A DNA stretch of 27,924 nt from Arcobacter sp. Lineage in GTDB: Bacteria > Campylobacterota > Campylobacteria > Campylobacterales > Arcobacteraceae. The translations under genes and the position numbers were made by a program. This document shows positions 10,601 through 17,960 of the stretch, in pieces (the first letter of the stretch is position 1; the number at the start of each line of letters is the position of its first letter). The notes under the pieces are model-generated. The model was not told the origin of the DNA, did not search any database, and saw only the letters and a list, made by a program, of their open reading frames with translations. The stretch covers positions 1-27,924 of the forward strand of contig CBFIGT010000007.1 in assembly GCA_965662175.1 (NCBI GenBank), in the 5' to 3' direction.

Positions 10601-10773
10601 TTTGCAGAAGCACTAGGTTGAACTATGATAATAGCTACTTCAGGTCTATTTGAGTTTGGAAATAGTTTTTTATCTAATTTAAAATATGCATTTACTCCTA
10701 AAAATAAAAAGAGTGCCAAAATTGAGTAAATAAAAAATGGACGAGCTAATATTGCTCTTACTAAAGTTCTCAT
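7696..10773 (-). CDS. RND efflux transporter permease subunit (AcrB/AcrD/AcrF family)
   Basis: 1025 aa; GLLLDDTVVVVENIER, GVIVNNAILL, RTRPVLMT, APLGAVVIGGL motifs. Confidence 0.97.
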   Translation of the reverse strand: MRTLVRAILARPFFIYSILALFLFLGVNAYFKLDKKLFPNSNRPEVAIIIVQPSASAKDMASNIAIAVESELYTIDKIRRVYSSTIDEVCVIKAEFNYEKSLIDATSDVRNAIDKIKSSLPSDILEPQIDKISESTAPIITISVSSKNSLELESIRQILQNDISKEFLKLPGIANVDIFGGYKKELQIIVDKSKLDRYNLTLLEVMDIVKQNNKDYALGTVDNKTNRFLLKIKEQKDAIHKLQEIQISKDLKLKDVANIYFGHYNNSAIYHGNGKKAIALSIQRNDNADVISSIEAVEKELERVKNEYPNLSFEITDTQKTTIIQSTSNMFESLRDAIIMSMIVVFIFLASFRQLLVVLFTIPMVYISTLALMWLFDFEFNIITLTAIILALGLLLDDTVVVVENIERHFSSLKKPMGKAVEDGTSEIMFADFSGTLTTIIALLPILFVGDYPQTVFGPLIGTLLLALIASYFVSITFVPLISTKILAINNKHLLNLEEKFNILSKKLNDFFAKFFVSSTELALEKKSIATLYLFGLFVLFLVSAKIVMPMAGQELMPAMDTGAVKIKIQTDSNLAIEKTEEILNQAEKILLEDKQIQTISSSIGGEASVLSIGSGGGVNTILIVANYVNRFERKNTIWDIERDLREKLALIPNIKRLEVSDSGATAMASIKANIDVTLYGNDLNKLYDKALEYEKAMYETKGIVNVSKSWEIDNISYILNIDKKKAFNYEIKEKDIVAQVQAVLRGANISLFPINNSIDFPVRVWVEKKSIKSIKSLETLLITTPKGKIPLNAIATLSKELEPNIITRENLDYTIDILGFREKASISHLMANFEEASKDIVLPNDIKLIHTGDIQQFQDSSIRIVKAVGIGIVLIFLVMIPMFNSLKIPILIILSIPLTIGGASWILILLDYHSSMSAMIGFILLAGVIVNNAILLIHFALEKLHNGLDAKEAMIESIKTRTRPVLMTAISVSVGMIPVSLGWAIGLERLAPLGAVVIGGLIVGTFLTLIFIPLFFVWMHKSKS

Positions 10774-11918
10774 TTTTCTTCTACTATTTTATAGTTATTA
10801 CTACTTGGTAAAGTAGCAAGTTTAGAAGCACTTGCAAGGGCAACTTTTTGATTTACTCTCTCTTTTAAGACTACAAATTTATCATCTTGAAGTACTACTT
10901 CAACTTTTTTAAATTTAAACAATTCATTCTCATAAACTACAATATAAGTTCCATCTTTTTTATGTAAAATTGTATTTATAGGAAGTGAAAAATCATTAGT
11001 TTTTTTTGTGATAACTTTTATATTCACAAAACTATCAATTGGTAAATCTAAGTTTGTATCTAAATCAATTTCGGCTTGATATAAAGAGTTGTTGGCACTT
11101 TTTAAGATTTTTGTGATTTTCGCTTTTGTTAAATTATTAGAATCATTTATAATAACTTCTAAACCTTTGATAATATCTTTTGAAGCAAAAGAGAAAGTAA
11201 GTTTTTGTTTATTATCAAGAATAGTTAAAATAGCTTTATTTGCTGTTATTAAATCTCCTTCATTTACAAATATTTCTCCAGCTATTCCATCTTTTGAAGC
11301 TTTTATATTATAGTAATCCAAGCTAGCTTTTTTTGAATCATAAGAGTTTTTCATAGCTTTAAGTTCATACTCTTTTGCTTCTATACTTTTTAATGTAGAG
11401 TCAAGTTTTGATTTTTTTATTTCGTACTCTACATTTGAGAGTTCAAAGTTCTCTTTTGATAAACCACCTGCTTTATAAAGGATGCTATTTCTATTTAATC
11501 TATTTTTTGAAGCATTCAAATCGTTTTCAAGTGAACTAATATTTGCTTTTATACTTTGAAGTGATGATTGAATTGATTTTATTGAATTTTTTATCTGTTT
11601 TAAAGATTCATTTAACTCTTTACTATCAATTTTTATAATCAAATCACCTTTTTTTATAATATCATTTTCATTTACATAGATTTTTTCTATAAAGCCTGTT
11701 ACTTTAGTAGCTAAATTAATAGACTTAGATGATTCTAACTTAGCTGTAAATGAGCTACTTTGTTCTATATTTCTTCTTTTTTCTTCTACAACATTTAGAC
11801 TAAAAATAGGTTTTTGTGCTGTTTGTAAAGATGATAAATCATCTTTTTTGTTTTTGATTAATTTTATTGCACCTAAAATTATTGTGATTAGTATCACAAA
11901 TAAAACTATTTTTTTCAC
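10770..11918 (-). CDS. RND efflux periplasmic adaptor (MFP)
   Basis: N-terminal anchor, lipoyl half-motifs (KVTGFIEKIYVNENDIIKKGD; IKASKDGIAGEIFVNEGD), long coiled coil; GTG start overlaps the tolC stop. Confidence 0.95.
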   Translation of the reverse strand: MKKIVLFVILITIILGAIKLIKNKKDDLSSLQTAQKPIFSLNVVEEKRRNIEQSSSFTAKLESSKSINLATKVTGFIEKIYVNENDIIKKGDLIIKIDSKELNESLKQIKNSIKSIQSSLQSIKANISSLENDLNASKNRLNRNSILYKAGGLSKENFELSNVEYEIKKSKLDSTLKSIEAKEYELKAMKNSYDSKKASLDYYNIKASKDGIAGEIFVNEGDLITANKAILTILDNKQKLTFSFASKDIIKGLEVIINDSNNLTKAKITKILKSANNSLYQAEIDLDTNLDLPIDSFVNIKVITKKTNDFSLPINTILHKKDGTYIVVYENELFKFKKVEVVLQDDKFVVLKERVNQKVALASASKLATLPSSNNYKIVEEK

Positions 11919-13195
11919 TTTGACTCCTTGAGTATATAATCAAGATAAAAGTATGATTTTAAAAGATTATATTTTGCTAATATTTTTTTTGATTTAACAA
12001 TCGCATTTGAACTTTTTGCATAAAGATAGGTATAAATATCAATTGCTTCTTGTTCATATCTTATTTTTTCTATTTTTTCACTCTCACTTGTAAATAAAAA
12101 CTCTTTTGAACTACCTAAATATAAATCATTGTTTTGTTTTATCTTATTTATAGCTTCTGTTATATTTTGTTTTATTTCAAGCCTTCTTTTTTGTAGTTCT
12201 AAAGAGGCTTGTTGTTGTGCAATTTTTGCTTTTTGTACTAATAAGCTTGTTTTCCCAAAATCAAAAATATTCCAATTTAGTGTAACTCCTGCTTGCCAAA
12301 TTTTATCCTCATCTCCCTCATTTGAGTATACTTTGCTATATTGTGTATTTGCAGTGATTTTTGGATAATAAGATGATTTTGCTTTTTGGTACTCATTTGC
12401 TGTTTTTTGATAATTTAGAAAGCTAATTTTATATGTAGATAAGTTTTCAATTTTATCAAAGTAGTGTTTGTTATCTAAAAGTCTATTTTTTAAAATCTCT
12501 TTTTTAGACTCTTTGATATCTTCTATTTTCAACTCTTTTAAATCATCTTCATAGTTTATTAATATAGCTAATGAAGATTTTAAAATATCTATATTTGAAG
12601 ATAAGGTATTTATTTGAGTAATTATATCTTGAAGCGTAGCATCTACTTTTAGAAGTTCAATTTTTGCTCTTTTGCCTACTTTAAGCTCTTGAGCAATATT
12701 CTCTTTTAAAATATTTAAAGCCTCTTTTAACTCCTCTTTTGCATCTTTTTGTTTTTGTAAAGATAAAATATCTAAATAAATCGCTTGTACATTATAAACT
12801 ATTTGATTTAGAGTAAGTCTTAAAAAGTTATTTTGTATCTCATTTTGGATTTTTGAAATACTAATCTCTTTTGTATCACTAAAACCATTAAACAAAACTA
12901 CACTATAACTTACACCAATATTTGAAATATCAGTACTTGTAGCAACAGATGGAGAGATAGGTGGGGCTAAAGGTTTTAGTGTTCTAGCACTATCATATTT
13001 TGTATATGAAGAGTGTAAGTCAACTGAACCATAATTTTTTGCTTTTGTAGCTTCAAGAGTTGAGTTTAAAGCTTTTTTTATACTTTTTTGTATGAGTATA
13101 TCTCTATTTTCATTTCTAGCTTTTTCTTCTGCTTCTTCTAAAGTGAGAGCAAAAAGAGTAAAACAAAAAGATAATAAAATCAAAACTATTTTCAC
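11915..13195 (-). CDS. TolC-family outer membrane efflux protein
   Basis: Signal peptide (LFA-LTLEEA), two OEP repeats (YYPKIT, GVTLNWNIFDFG); first gene of the efflux operon; AAGGA SD. Confidence 0.95.
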   Translation of the reverse strand: MKIVLILLSFCFTLFALTLEEAEEKARNENRDILIQKSIKKALNSTLEATKAKNYGSVDLHSSYTKYDSARTLKPLAPPISPSVATSTDISNIGVSYSVVLFNGFSDTKEISISKIQNEIQNNFLRLTLNQIVYNVQAIYLDILSLQKQKDAKEELKEALNILKENIAQELKVGKRAKIELLKVDATLQDIITQINTLSSNIDILKSSLAILINYEDDLKELKIEDIKESKKEILKNRLLDNKHYFDKIENLSTYKISFLNYQKTANEYQKAKSSYYPKITANTQYSKVYSNEGDEDKIWQAGVTLNWNIFDFGKTSLLVQKAKIAQQQASLELQKRRLEIKQNITEAINKIKQNNDLYLGSSKEFLFTSESEKIEKIRYEQEAIDIYTYLYAKSSNAIVKSKKILAKYNLLKSYFYLDYILKESK

Positions 13196-13220
13196 TTTAA
13201 TTTCCTTGTATTAAAATGAA

Positions 13221-13252
13221 ATAGTAAAAAAAGAGTGTTAATATAGTATTAA
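13221..13252 (-). promoter_or_regulatory. Putative efflux-operon promoter: OmpR-type direct repeat TTAATAC-N4-TTAACAC and -10 TACTAT
   Basis: 11-bp-period direct repeat at 13235-13252, 8 nt upstream of the -10 hexamer at 13221-13226. Confidence 0.5.
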
Positions 13253-13266
13253 TAAATTTTCATATT

Positions 13267-13857
13267 TTATTGGAAAATACTAACCAAAGAATCCTTATCA
13301 ACACTATCTTGTAAAATAGGGTATATCCCTTTTGCAATAAGAGAAATTTTTAAATCATAGTCAATATTTTTTATTAAAAAATAGTTTACCTTATAATCAT
13401 AAAGTAAATCAGGTAAAAGATTACATGCTATTTCATCTTCATTATTAAATACTGGATTTTTAATACAGTTTTGAGATTTTAATTTATAATCTTTTATAAA
13501 ATATATCCAAATAAACTCAGCATTTTCATCAGCATAATCAAGCTCTTTATTTGAGTTTGAACAAATTGCTAAATGAAACTCATTATTTATTTCATGTACT
13601 TTAATATTACTTCCCGTAACTAAAGCCAATGAAATCTTTTTTCTAGCACTTTTCACAATTCTTGCAAAAGTAGCTCTTGATACATTCATTTTTTTAGCAG
13701 CATCTTCTTGATACATACAAAATGAATCCATTAAATGTATTGCTTCTAACTCTTCATGCAATAAAACAATGTCAGCTTTAGCCTCAATATCTTTTGGACC
13801 GAAATATTTACACACAGGAACTAATTCTAGTTTTCTTTCTAATTTATCTCTTGCCAT
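13267..13857 (-). CDS. DUF134 HTH DNA-binding protein with C-terminal degenerate NifB/NifX-like domain
   Basis: MAR...YFGP...EELEAIHLMD...YQEDAAKKMNVSRATFARIVKSARKKISLALVTG matches DUF134; C-terminal ~105 aa has NifX-like spacing (LAICSNS...AEFIWIY...IKNP...KVNYFL...KGIYPI). Confidence 0.88.
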   Translation of the reverse strand: MARDKLERKLELVPVCKYFGPKDIEAKADIVLLHEELEAIHLMDSFCMYQEDAAKKMNVSRATFARIVKSARKKISLALVTGSNIKVHEINNEFHLAICSNSNKELDYADENAEFIWIYFIKDYKLKSQNCIKNPVFNNEDEIACNLLPDLLYDYKVNYFLIKNIDYDLKISLIAKGIYPILQDSVDKDSLVSIFQ

Positions 13858-13880
13858 TAACTACCTTAATAATTTAACTA

Positions 13881-13889
13881 ATTTTATCA
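13881..13889 (-). promoter_or_regulatory. Extended -10 promoter (TGaTAAAAT) of the DUF134 gene
   Basis: Reverse complement of ATTTTATCA; 23 nt upstream of the ATG with an AAGGT SD between. Confidence 0.6.
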
Positions 13890-13907
13890 TATTTTTAATA
13901 AATATAC

Positions 13908-13936
13908 TTGACATATGTTCACTAATTTGATATTAT
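13908..13936 (+). promoter_or_regulatory. Sigma70 promoter TTGACA-N17-TATTAT (with TGn extension)
   Basis: TTGACA 13908-13913, 17-nt spacer ending TGA, TATTAT 13931-13936; predicted start about 13943. Confidence 0.75.
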
Positions 13937-13951
13937 TCTGTCATATGTTCA
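13908..13951. promoter_or_regulatory. Tandem operator-like repeats TG(A/T)CATATGTTCA, probable DUF134 binding sites
   Basis: TTGACATATGTTCA (13908-13921) and CTGTCATATGTTCA (13938-13951), 30 bp apart, each with a palindromic CATATG core, overlapping the -35 and the +1. Confidence 0.65.
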
Positions 13952-14187
13952 TTACGTTAGATTTATAAATTAAAGTTTATTATTCACTTTTTTTACAGTA
14001 ATTATAAATCGTTCCGCTCCTTTTTGTTAACTATTTATAGTCTAACTAATTAACATTTTATATTAAACTTATTGCCCCTCCTCTTTTATTTAAAGATTAT
14101 AAGTTTAGTAAAATGCCCCTTCTTTTTGTAAAAACCAACTTTTATATATATCTTATACTTTATTGGTTTTTACAATGTTTTAAAACA
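13943..14187 (+). ncRNA. Candidate structured ncRNA or long 5' leader with three C/U-rich motifs
   Basis: Promoter upstream; stems 13956-13970/14033-14046, 14064-14072/14099-14107, 14126-14138/14163-14175; motifs TTCCGCTCCTTTTT, GCCCCTCCTCTTTT, GCCCCTTCTTTTT. Confidence 0.55.
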
Positions 14188-14210
14188 AATTTCTAATATA
14201 GGAGTATTCT

Positions 14211-14543
14211 ATGAGAATAGTTTTCCCAACAAAAGACAATCTAAGTTACATCTCAAAAACATCAGAAAATTTTGAAGATGCTGTTTATTTAACTGTTTTA
14301 AATGTAAAAGGCCAAAATATAATCGAAGTTGAAACATTTAAAAATCATCACTATAATGATGAACTAGAGATGATTAAAGAGTTTAAAGATAATAAATTTA
14401 AAGTACTAATGGTACCAAATGAAGATTTATTACCTTTAGACAAACTAAAAGAAGAGGGTATATCAATTTATAAAGATAGCTCTTCTAAGCCTGTATTAAA
14501 CATATTCAGCGAGTTTGTTCAAGATAAACTTGTAAAACTTTAA
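14211..14543 (+). CDS. NifB/NifX family (dinitrogenase FeMo-cofactor-binding-like) protein, degenerate
   Basis: MRIVFPT...S.NFEDAVYLTV...ETFKN...LKEEGISIY...FVQDKL follows the family layout; AGGAG SD at 14200-14204. Confidence 0.75.
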   Translation: MRIVFPTKDNLSYISKTSENFEDAVYLTVLNVKGQNIIEVETFKNHHYNDELEMIKEFKDNKFKVLMVPNEDLLPLDKLKEEGISIYKDSSSKPVLNIFSEFVQDKLVKL

Positions 14544-14545
14544 TC

Positions 14546-14574
14546 AAAAAAAAAGCTGGTTAAAACCAGCTTTT
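14546..14574. terminator. Bidirectional intrinsic terminator
   Basis: AAAAGCTGGTT/AACCAGCTTTT inverted repeat; 9 U on the minus strand, 4 U on the plus strand; between convergent NifX-like gene and aroC. Confidence 0.85.
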
Positions 14575-14603
14575 AACCTTTCAACTTGACCAAAGTAAAG
14601 GTT
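14546..14603 (-). ncRNA. Candidate ~58-nt two-hairpin small RNA (UGGUC loop + terminator)
   Basis: Minus-strand -10 TAATAT (14610-14615) predicts +1 at 14603, the first base of the AACCTTT/AAAGGTT stem; ends in the terminator. Confidence 0.45.
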
Positions 14604-14640
14604 TTGAATATATTACAAAACTTTACATTAAACTATACTT

Positions 14641-15714
14641 TTAGTTGTAAATCTTTTTTAAATTTTTTATATTAGAACTCATATTTAACATTAACATATC
14701 AGCAATTACAATAGCCATCATAGACTCAGCAACCACACTTCCTCTAACAGCAACACAAGGATCATGTCTTCCTTTTAATTCACAACTTACTTGATTATTA
14801 TAAATATCAACAGTATCTTGTTTTATAAAAACTGATGGTGTTGCTTTAAAGTGAACTTTTACATTAATATCATCACCATTTGAAATACCACCTAAGATAC
14901 CACCTGAATGATTTGTTTTAAATCCATTTGAGTCTATTTGGTCATTATTATCATAACCTTTTACTTTACTAGCTTCAACACCATCACCTATTTCAACTGC
15001 TTTAACAGCATTAATACCCATCATAGCAGCTGCAATTTGTGCATCAAGTCTATAATAAAGTGGTTCACCTAAACCAATAGGTGCATTTTTTACATTTACA
15101 AGGGCAACACCACCAACACTGTTATGTGAGTTTTTAGCTTTTAATATTGCCTCTTTTTGAAAATCCTCTTTGTTTTTATCAAGTGAATAAATTGCTGAAC
15201 TTTTTGCATGTTCAAAATCAAAACTAGAAGCTTCAATTCCATCAATGGCAGCAATTCCACTTCTTATTTCAATTTCAAGTTCAGCTAATATTAGTTTTGC
15301 AATAGAACCAGCCGCAACTCTAGCTGCTGTTTCCCTAGCACTACTTCTTCCTCCACCTCTATAATCTCTAATTCCATATTTATTAAAATATGTAAAATCA
15401 GCATGTCCAGGTCTAAATAAGTCTTTAATATTTGAGTAATCTTTACTTTTTTGATTCTCATTAAATACTACCATTGCTATTGGAGTACCTGTTGTTAATC
15501 CCTCAAAAACACCTGAGAGTATTTCAACTTTATCTCCCTCTTTTCTAGCTGTTGCAAACTCATTTTGTCCCGGTTTTCTTCTATCCATTTCTGCTTGTAT
15601 AAATCTCTCATCAACTTTTATACCAGCTGGAACACCATCAACAATACATCCTAATGCATTACCATGACTCTCACCAAAAGTAGAGAATCTAAACTTCTGT
15701 CCAAACGTATTCAT
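14641..15714 (-). CDS. aroC: Chorismate synthase
   Basis: FGESHG, RPGHAD, GGGRSSARETAARVAAG, GRHDPC signatures. Confidence 0.99.
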   Translation of the reverse strand: MNTFGQKFRFSTFGESHGNALGCIVDGVPAGIKVDERFIQAEMDRRKPGQNEFATARKEGDKVEILSGVFEGLTTGTPIAMVVFNENQKSKDYSNIKDLFRPGHADFTYFNKYGIRDYRGGGRSSARETAARVAAGSIAKLILAELEIEIRSGIAAIDGIEASSFDFEHAKSSAIYSLDKNKEDFQKEAILKAKNSHNSVGGVALVNVKNAPIGLGEPLYYRLDAQIAAAMMGINAVKAVEIGDGVEASKVKGYDNNDQIDSNGFKTNHSGGILGGISNGDDINVKVHFKATPSVFIKQDTVDIYNNQVSCELKGRHDPCVAVRGSVVAESMMAIVIADMLMLNMSSNIKNLKKIYN

Positions 15715-16392
15715 TTAATTTTTAACCTTTAATTTATCTAAAGCAATTTTAGCAACAGCTTGTTGAGCAAGCTTTTTACTTTTTCCAATTGCCTGTCCGT
15801 GGTGCTCATCATTTATCCAAATTGATACTTCAAACTCTTTTTTATGATCAGGTCCATAAGAACCCTCTATTTTATACTCAGGAATTGAACCAAATTCAGC
15901 TTGAGTTATCTCTTGTAAAGCAGTTTTATAATCACTAAATAGTACATCTAAATTTATTTTATCGTATGATTTTTCTAATAAGTCTAAAATTATTGGTTTT
16001 AGAGTATCAAGTCCTGATTCTAAATAAATTGCACCCATAATAGCTTCAAACGCATCTGATAATATAGAAGCCTTACTTCTTCCTTTATTTCTCTCTTCAG
16101 CAGTTGATAGGTATATGTAATTGCCTAACTTAATCTCATTTGCAAGTTTCGTAAAACCCGTTTCATTAACCAATGAAGCTCTGATTTTTGATAAATCGCC
16201 TTCATTAGAATTAGGAAATTTTTTATATAAATATTCCCCCACAATTAGATTTAAAACAGCATCACCTAAAAACTCTAATCTTTCATTATTATAAGGCTTC
16301 TTATAACTTTTATGCGTAAGTGCTTCGACTATCAGATCTTTATTTTTAAACTGATAATCCAGGCACTTTTCTAAATTTGAATAATCACTCAT
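15715..16392 (-). CDS. rnc: Ribonuclease III
   Basis: [12 protein letters not shown] signature, DAFEA, C-terminal dsRBD (DYKTALQE...GKSKKLAQQ). Confidence 0.99.
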   Translation of the reverse strand: MSDYSNLEKCLDYQFKNKDLIVEALTHKSYKKPYNNERLEFLGDAVLNLIVGEYLYKKFPNSNEGDLSKIRASLVNETGFTKLANEIKLGNYIYLSTAEERNKGRSKASILSDAFEAIMGAIYLESGLDTLKPIILDLLEKSYDKINLDVLFSDYKTALQEITQAEFGSIPEYKIEGSYGPDHKKEFEVSIWINDEHHGQAIGKSKKLAQQAVAKIALDKLKVKN

Positions 16393-16832
16393 TATATTCC
16401 TTTCAATTTTTCTGCAAATTGTTTTGCAAGTATATCACATCTTTCATTCTCTTCATGCCCTGCATGACCTTTAACCCATGAAGCTTCGATTTTATGGTTT
16501 TTTGAAACCTCACTGTACTCTTTCCACAAATCATCATTTTTTACAGCTTTTTTAGAAGCTGTACGCCAATTGTTTCTAATCCAAGATGCTAACCACTCAT
16601 TTATTCCTTTTACAACATAAGTTGAATCAGAAATAACATGAACTTCACAAGGCTCTTTTAAAGCTTTTAAACCCTCAATTACACCTTTTAATTCCATTCT
16701 ATTATTTGTTGTATTCTCTTCACCACCACATAACTCTTTCTCTTTACCATTATATTTTAAAATAGTACCATAACCACCAGGTCCTGGATTACCTAAAGAT
16801 GAGCCATCACTGTAAAGATTGATTTTCTTCAT
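16392..16832 (-). CDS. rnhA: Ribonuclease HI
   Basis: [43 protein letters not shown]. Confidence 0.99.
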   Translation of the reverse strand: MKKINLYSDGSSLGNPGPGGYGTILKYNGKEKELCGGEENTTNNRMELKGVIEGLKALKEPCEVHVISDSTYVVKGINEWLASWIRNNWRTASKKAVKNDDLWKEYSEVSKNHKIEASWVKGHAGHEENERCDILAKQFAEKLKGI

Positions 16833-17859
16833 TAAACCCCTTAATTAAACTATGCCTAACTTTAAATGTAAGAATACTATGACAATGGGGACATCTTGTA
16901 CTATAAATAGGGTGGGATTTTTTGCATGATGTACATAAGTATTCAAAATTTAAATCAGCTTTTATTTTTGTTTCATTTCTATTTACAAGCATTAAAATTT
17001 CAAAATTAAAATTTTCACTCTCTTTTAAATTATTTAGAAATCCTTTTGCATTATAAAGCTCTTTTAATATTGGATTTTGTTCAACTTTATCAAAATCTAT
17101 ATCATTAAAATCCAAATACCATAATCTATCTATTATTTTACTAATATCAAAATCATCTAAATTTTTCCAGAAAAAATCTTTGTTATATTGAAGTAGAAAT
17201 TCTAAAAATATTCTTTCAATAACTCTATTCATTTTAAAAAATGAGTAAAGTTTTTCTGTTTTTTTCTCAAAAGATATAATTGGATCATTTAAAATAATTA
17301 ATGTTTCTATATAAACTCTATCTCTAATCGTATCAACTTTTAACTCCTCAAGAGAGTTTATTACATCAATTGCCTTATCATAATCTTTTAATTTCTCATT
17401 TATTAAAAGTAGATATTTTAAAGCCTCTTTATTTCTTGGAGAAAATTTTAATATTTTTAAAAATATTTCTCTAGACCTTTGTAAAAATCCACCTTTGAAA
17501 TAAGTTGAGCCTAAAAGTTCTAAAAGTTCCTCTTTTTTAACCCTATCTTTTACATGTTCTAAAAGGGCTAAATAGACTGTTATTGCTTTAGTATAATCAC
17601 CTTTATGCAAAAATGTAGAAGCTAAAAGTAAAATTGAATCAAAGGGTAAATTATATGTTTTATATAAATGAACATAATCATCCTCTTTTAGTTTTCCAAG
17701 TTCAAATCTTTTTAAAAGTTTTCTATACTCTCTTCTTGCCAACTTCTCTTTATAGGCACTAAAAGTATATGTTAAAAAAGAGATTATAAATATCAATGAA
17801 AAAATAAAGATTATCCCAAATAAAGGATCTCTATACTCAAATGCAAATTGATTCAACAA
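16807..17859 (-). CDS. LapB (YciM)-like TPR membrane protein with C-terminal rubredoxin-type Zn ribbon
   Basis: N-terminal TM, TPR-like helices (LLASTFLHKGDYTKAI, LGSTYFKGGFLQRS), CTSC-x10-CPHC; TTG start with AAGG SD. Confidence 0.8.
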   Translation of the reverse strand: MLNQFAFEYRDPLFGIIFIFSLIFIISFLTYTFSAYKEKLARREYRKLLKRFELGKLKEDDYVHLYKTYNLPFDSILLLASTFLHKGDYTKAITVYLALLEHVKDRVKKEELLELLGSTYFKGGFLQRSREIFLKILKFSPRNKEALKYLLLINEKLKDYDKAIDVINSLEELKVDTIRDRVYIETLIILNDPIISFEKKTEKLYSFFKMNRVIERIFLEFLLQYNKDFFWKNLDDFDISKIIDRLWYLDFNDIDFDKVEQNPILKELYNAKGFLNNLKESENFNFEILMLVNRNETKIKADLNFEYLCTSCKKSHPIYSTRCPHCHSILTFKVRHSLIKGFNEENQSLQ

Positions 17860-17888
17860 TTAACCTTATATTTTATATTTAGGCAAAT

Positions 17889-17897
17889 ATAATATCA
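17889..17897 (-). promoter_or_regulatory. Extended -10 (TGaTATTAT) for the LapB-like/rnhA/rnc/aroC operon
   Basis: Reverse complement of ATAATATCA, about 30 nt upstream of the TTG start. Confidence 0.5.
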
Positions 17898-17960
17898 TAA
17901 GTGAACATATAAAAATCTAAATTGATTAAATCAAAGAGTATAAATTGTATAATGTTCTTT

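Noticed and set aside
13945..13968. 7-codon mini-ORF MFITLDL near the predicted TSS
   Set aside because: The ATG comes from the CATATG operator core, and there is no regulatory codon run or other support.
14011..14127. Minus-strand reading as CsrA-binding GGA repeats or SD sites
   Set aside because: The clear promoter points along the plus strand, the third motif lacks GGA, and no suitably spaced start codon follows.
13908..14187. Possible CRISPR-like or mobile repeat array
   Set aside because: The repeats are 14-15 nt, only 2-3 copies, with no regular spacers and no cas or transposase genes.
14113..14196. 27-aa hydrophobic ORF (MPLLFVKTNFYIYLILYWFLQCFKTNF) as a possible type I toxin or leader peptide
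   Set aside because: No SD upstream, and T-rich DNA yields hydrophobic ORFs by chance. It runs through the RNA hairpins. Ribo-seq would be needed to revive it.
17902..17910. TGAACATAT partial operator-like match in the dnaG divergent promoter region
   Set aside because: Only 9 nt, with an incomplete CATATG core; expected by chance in AT-rich DNA.
17922..17960. Extended dnaG N-terminus from the TTG start
   Set aside because: It overlaps the -10 element, has no SD and does not resemble a DnaG N-terminus.
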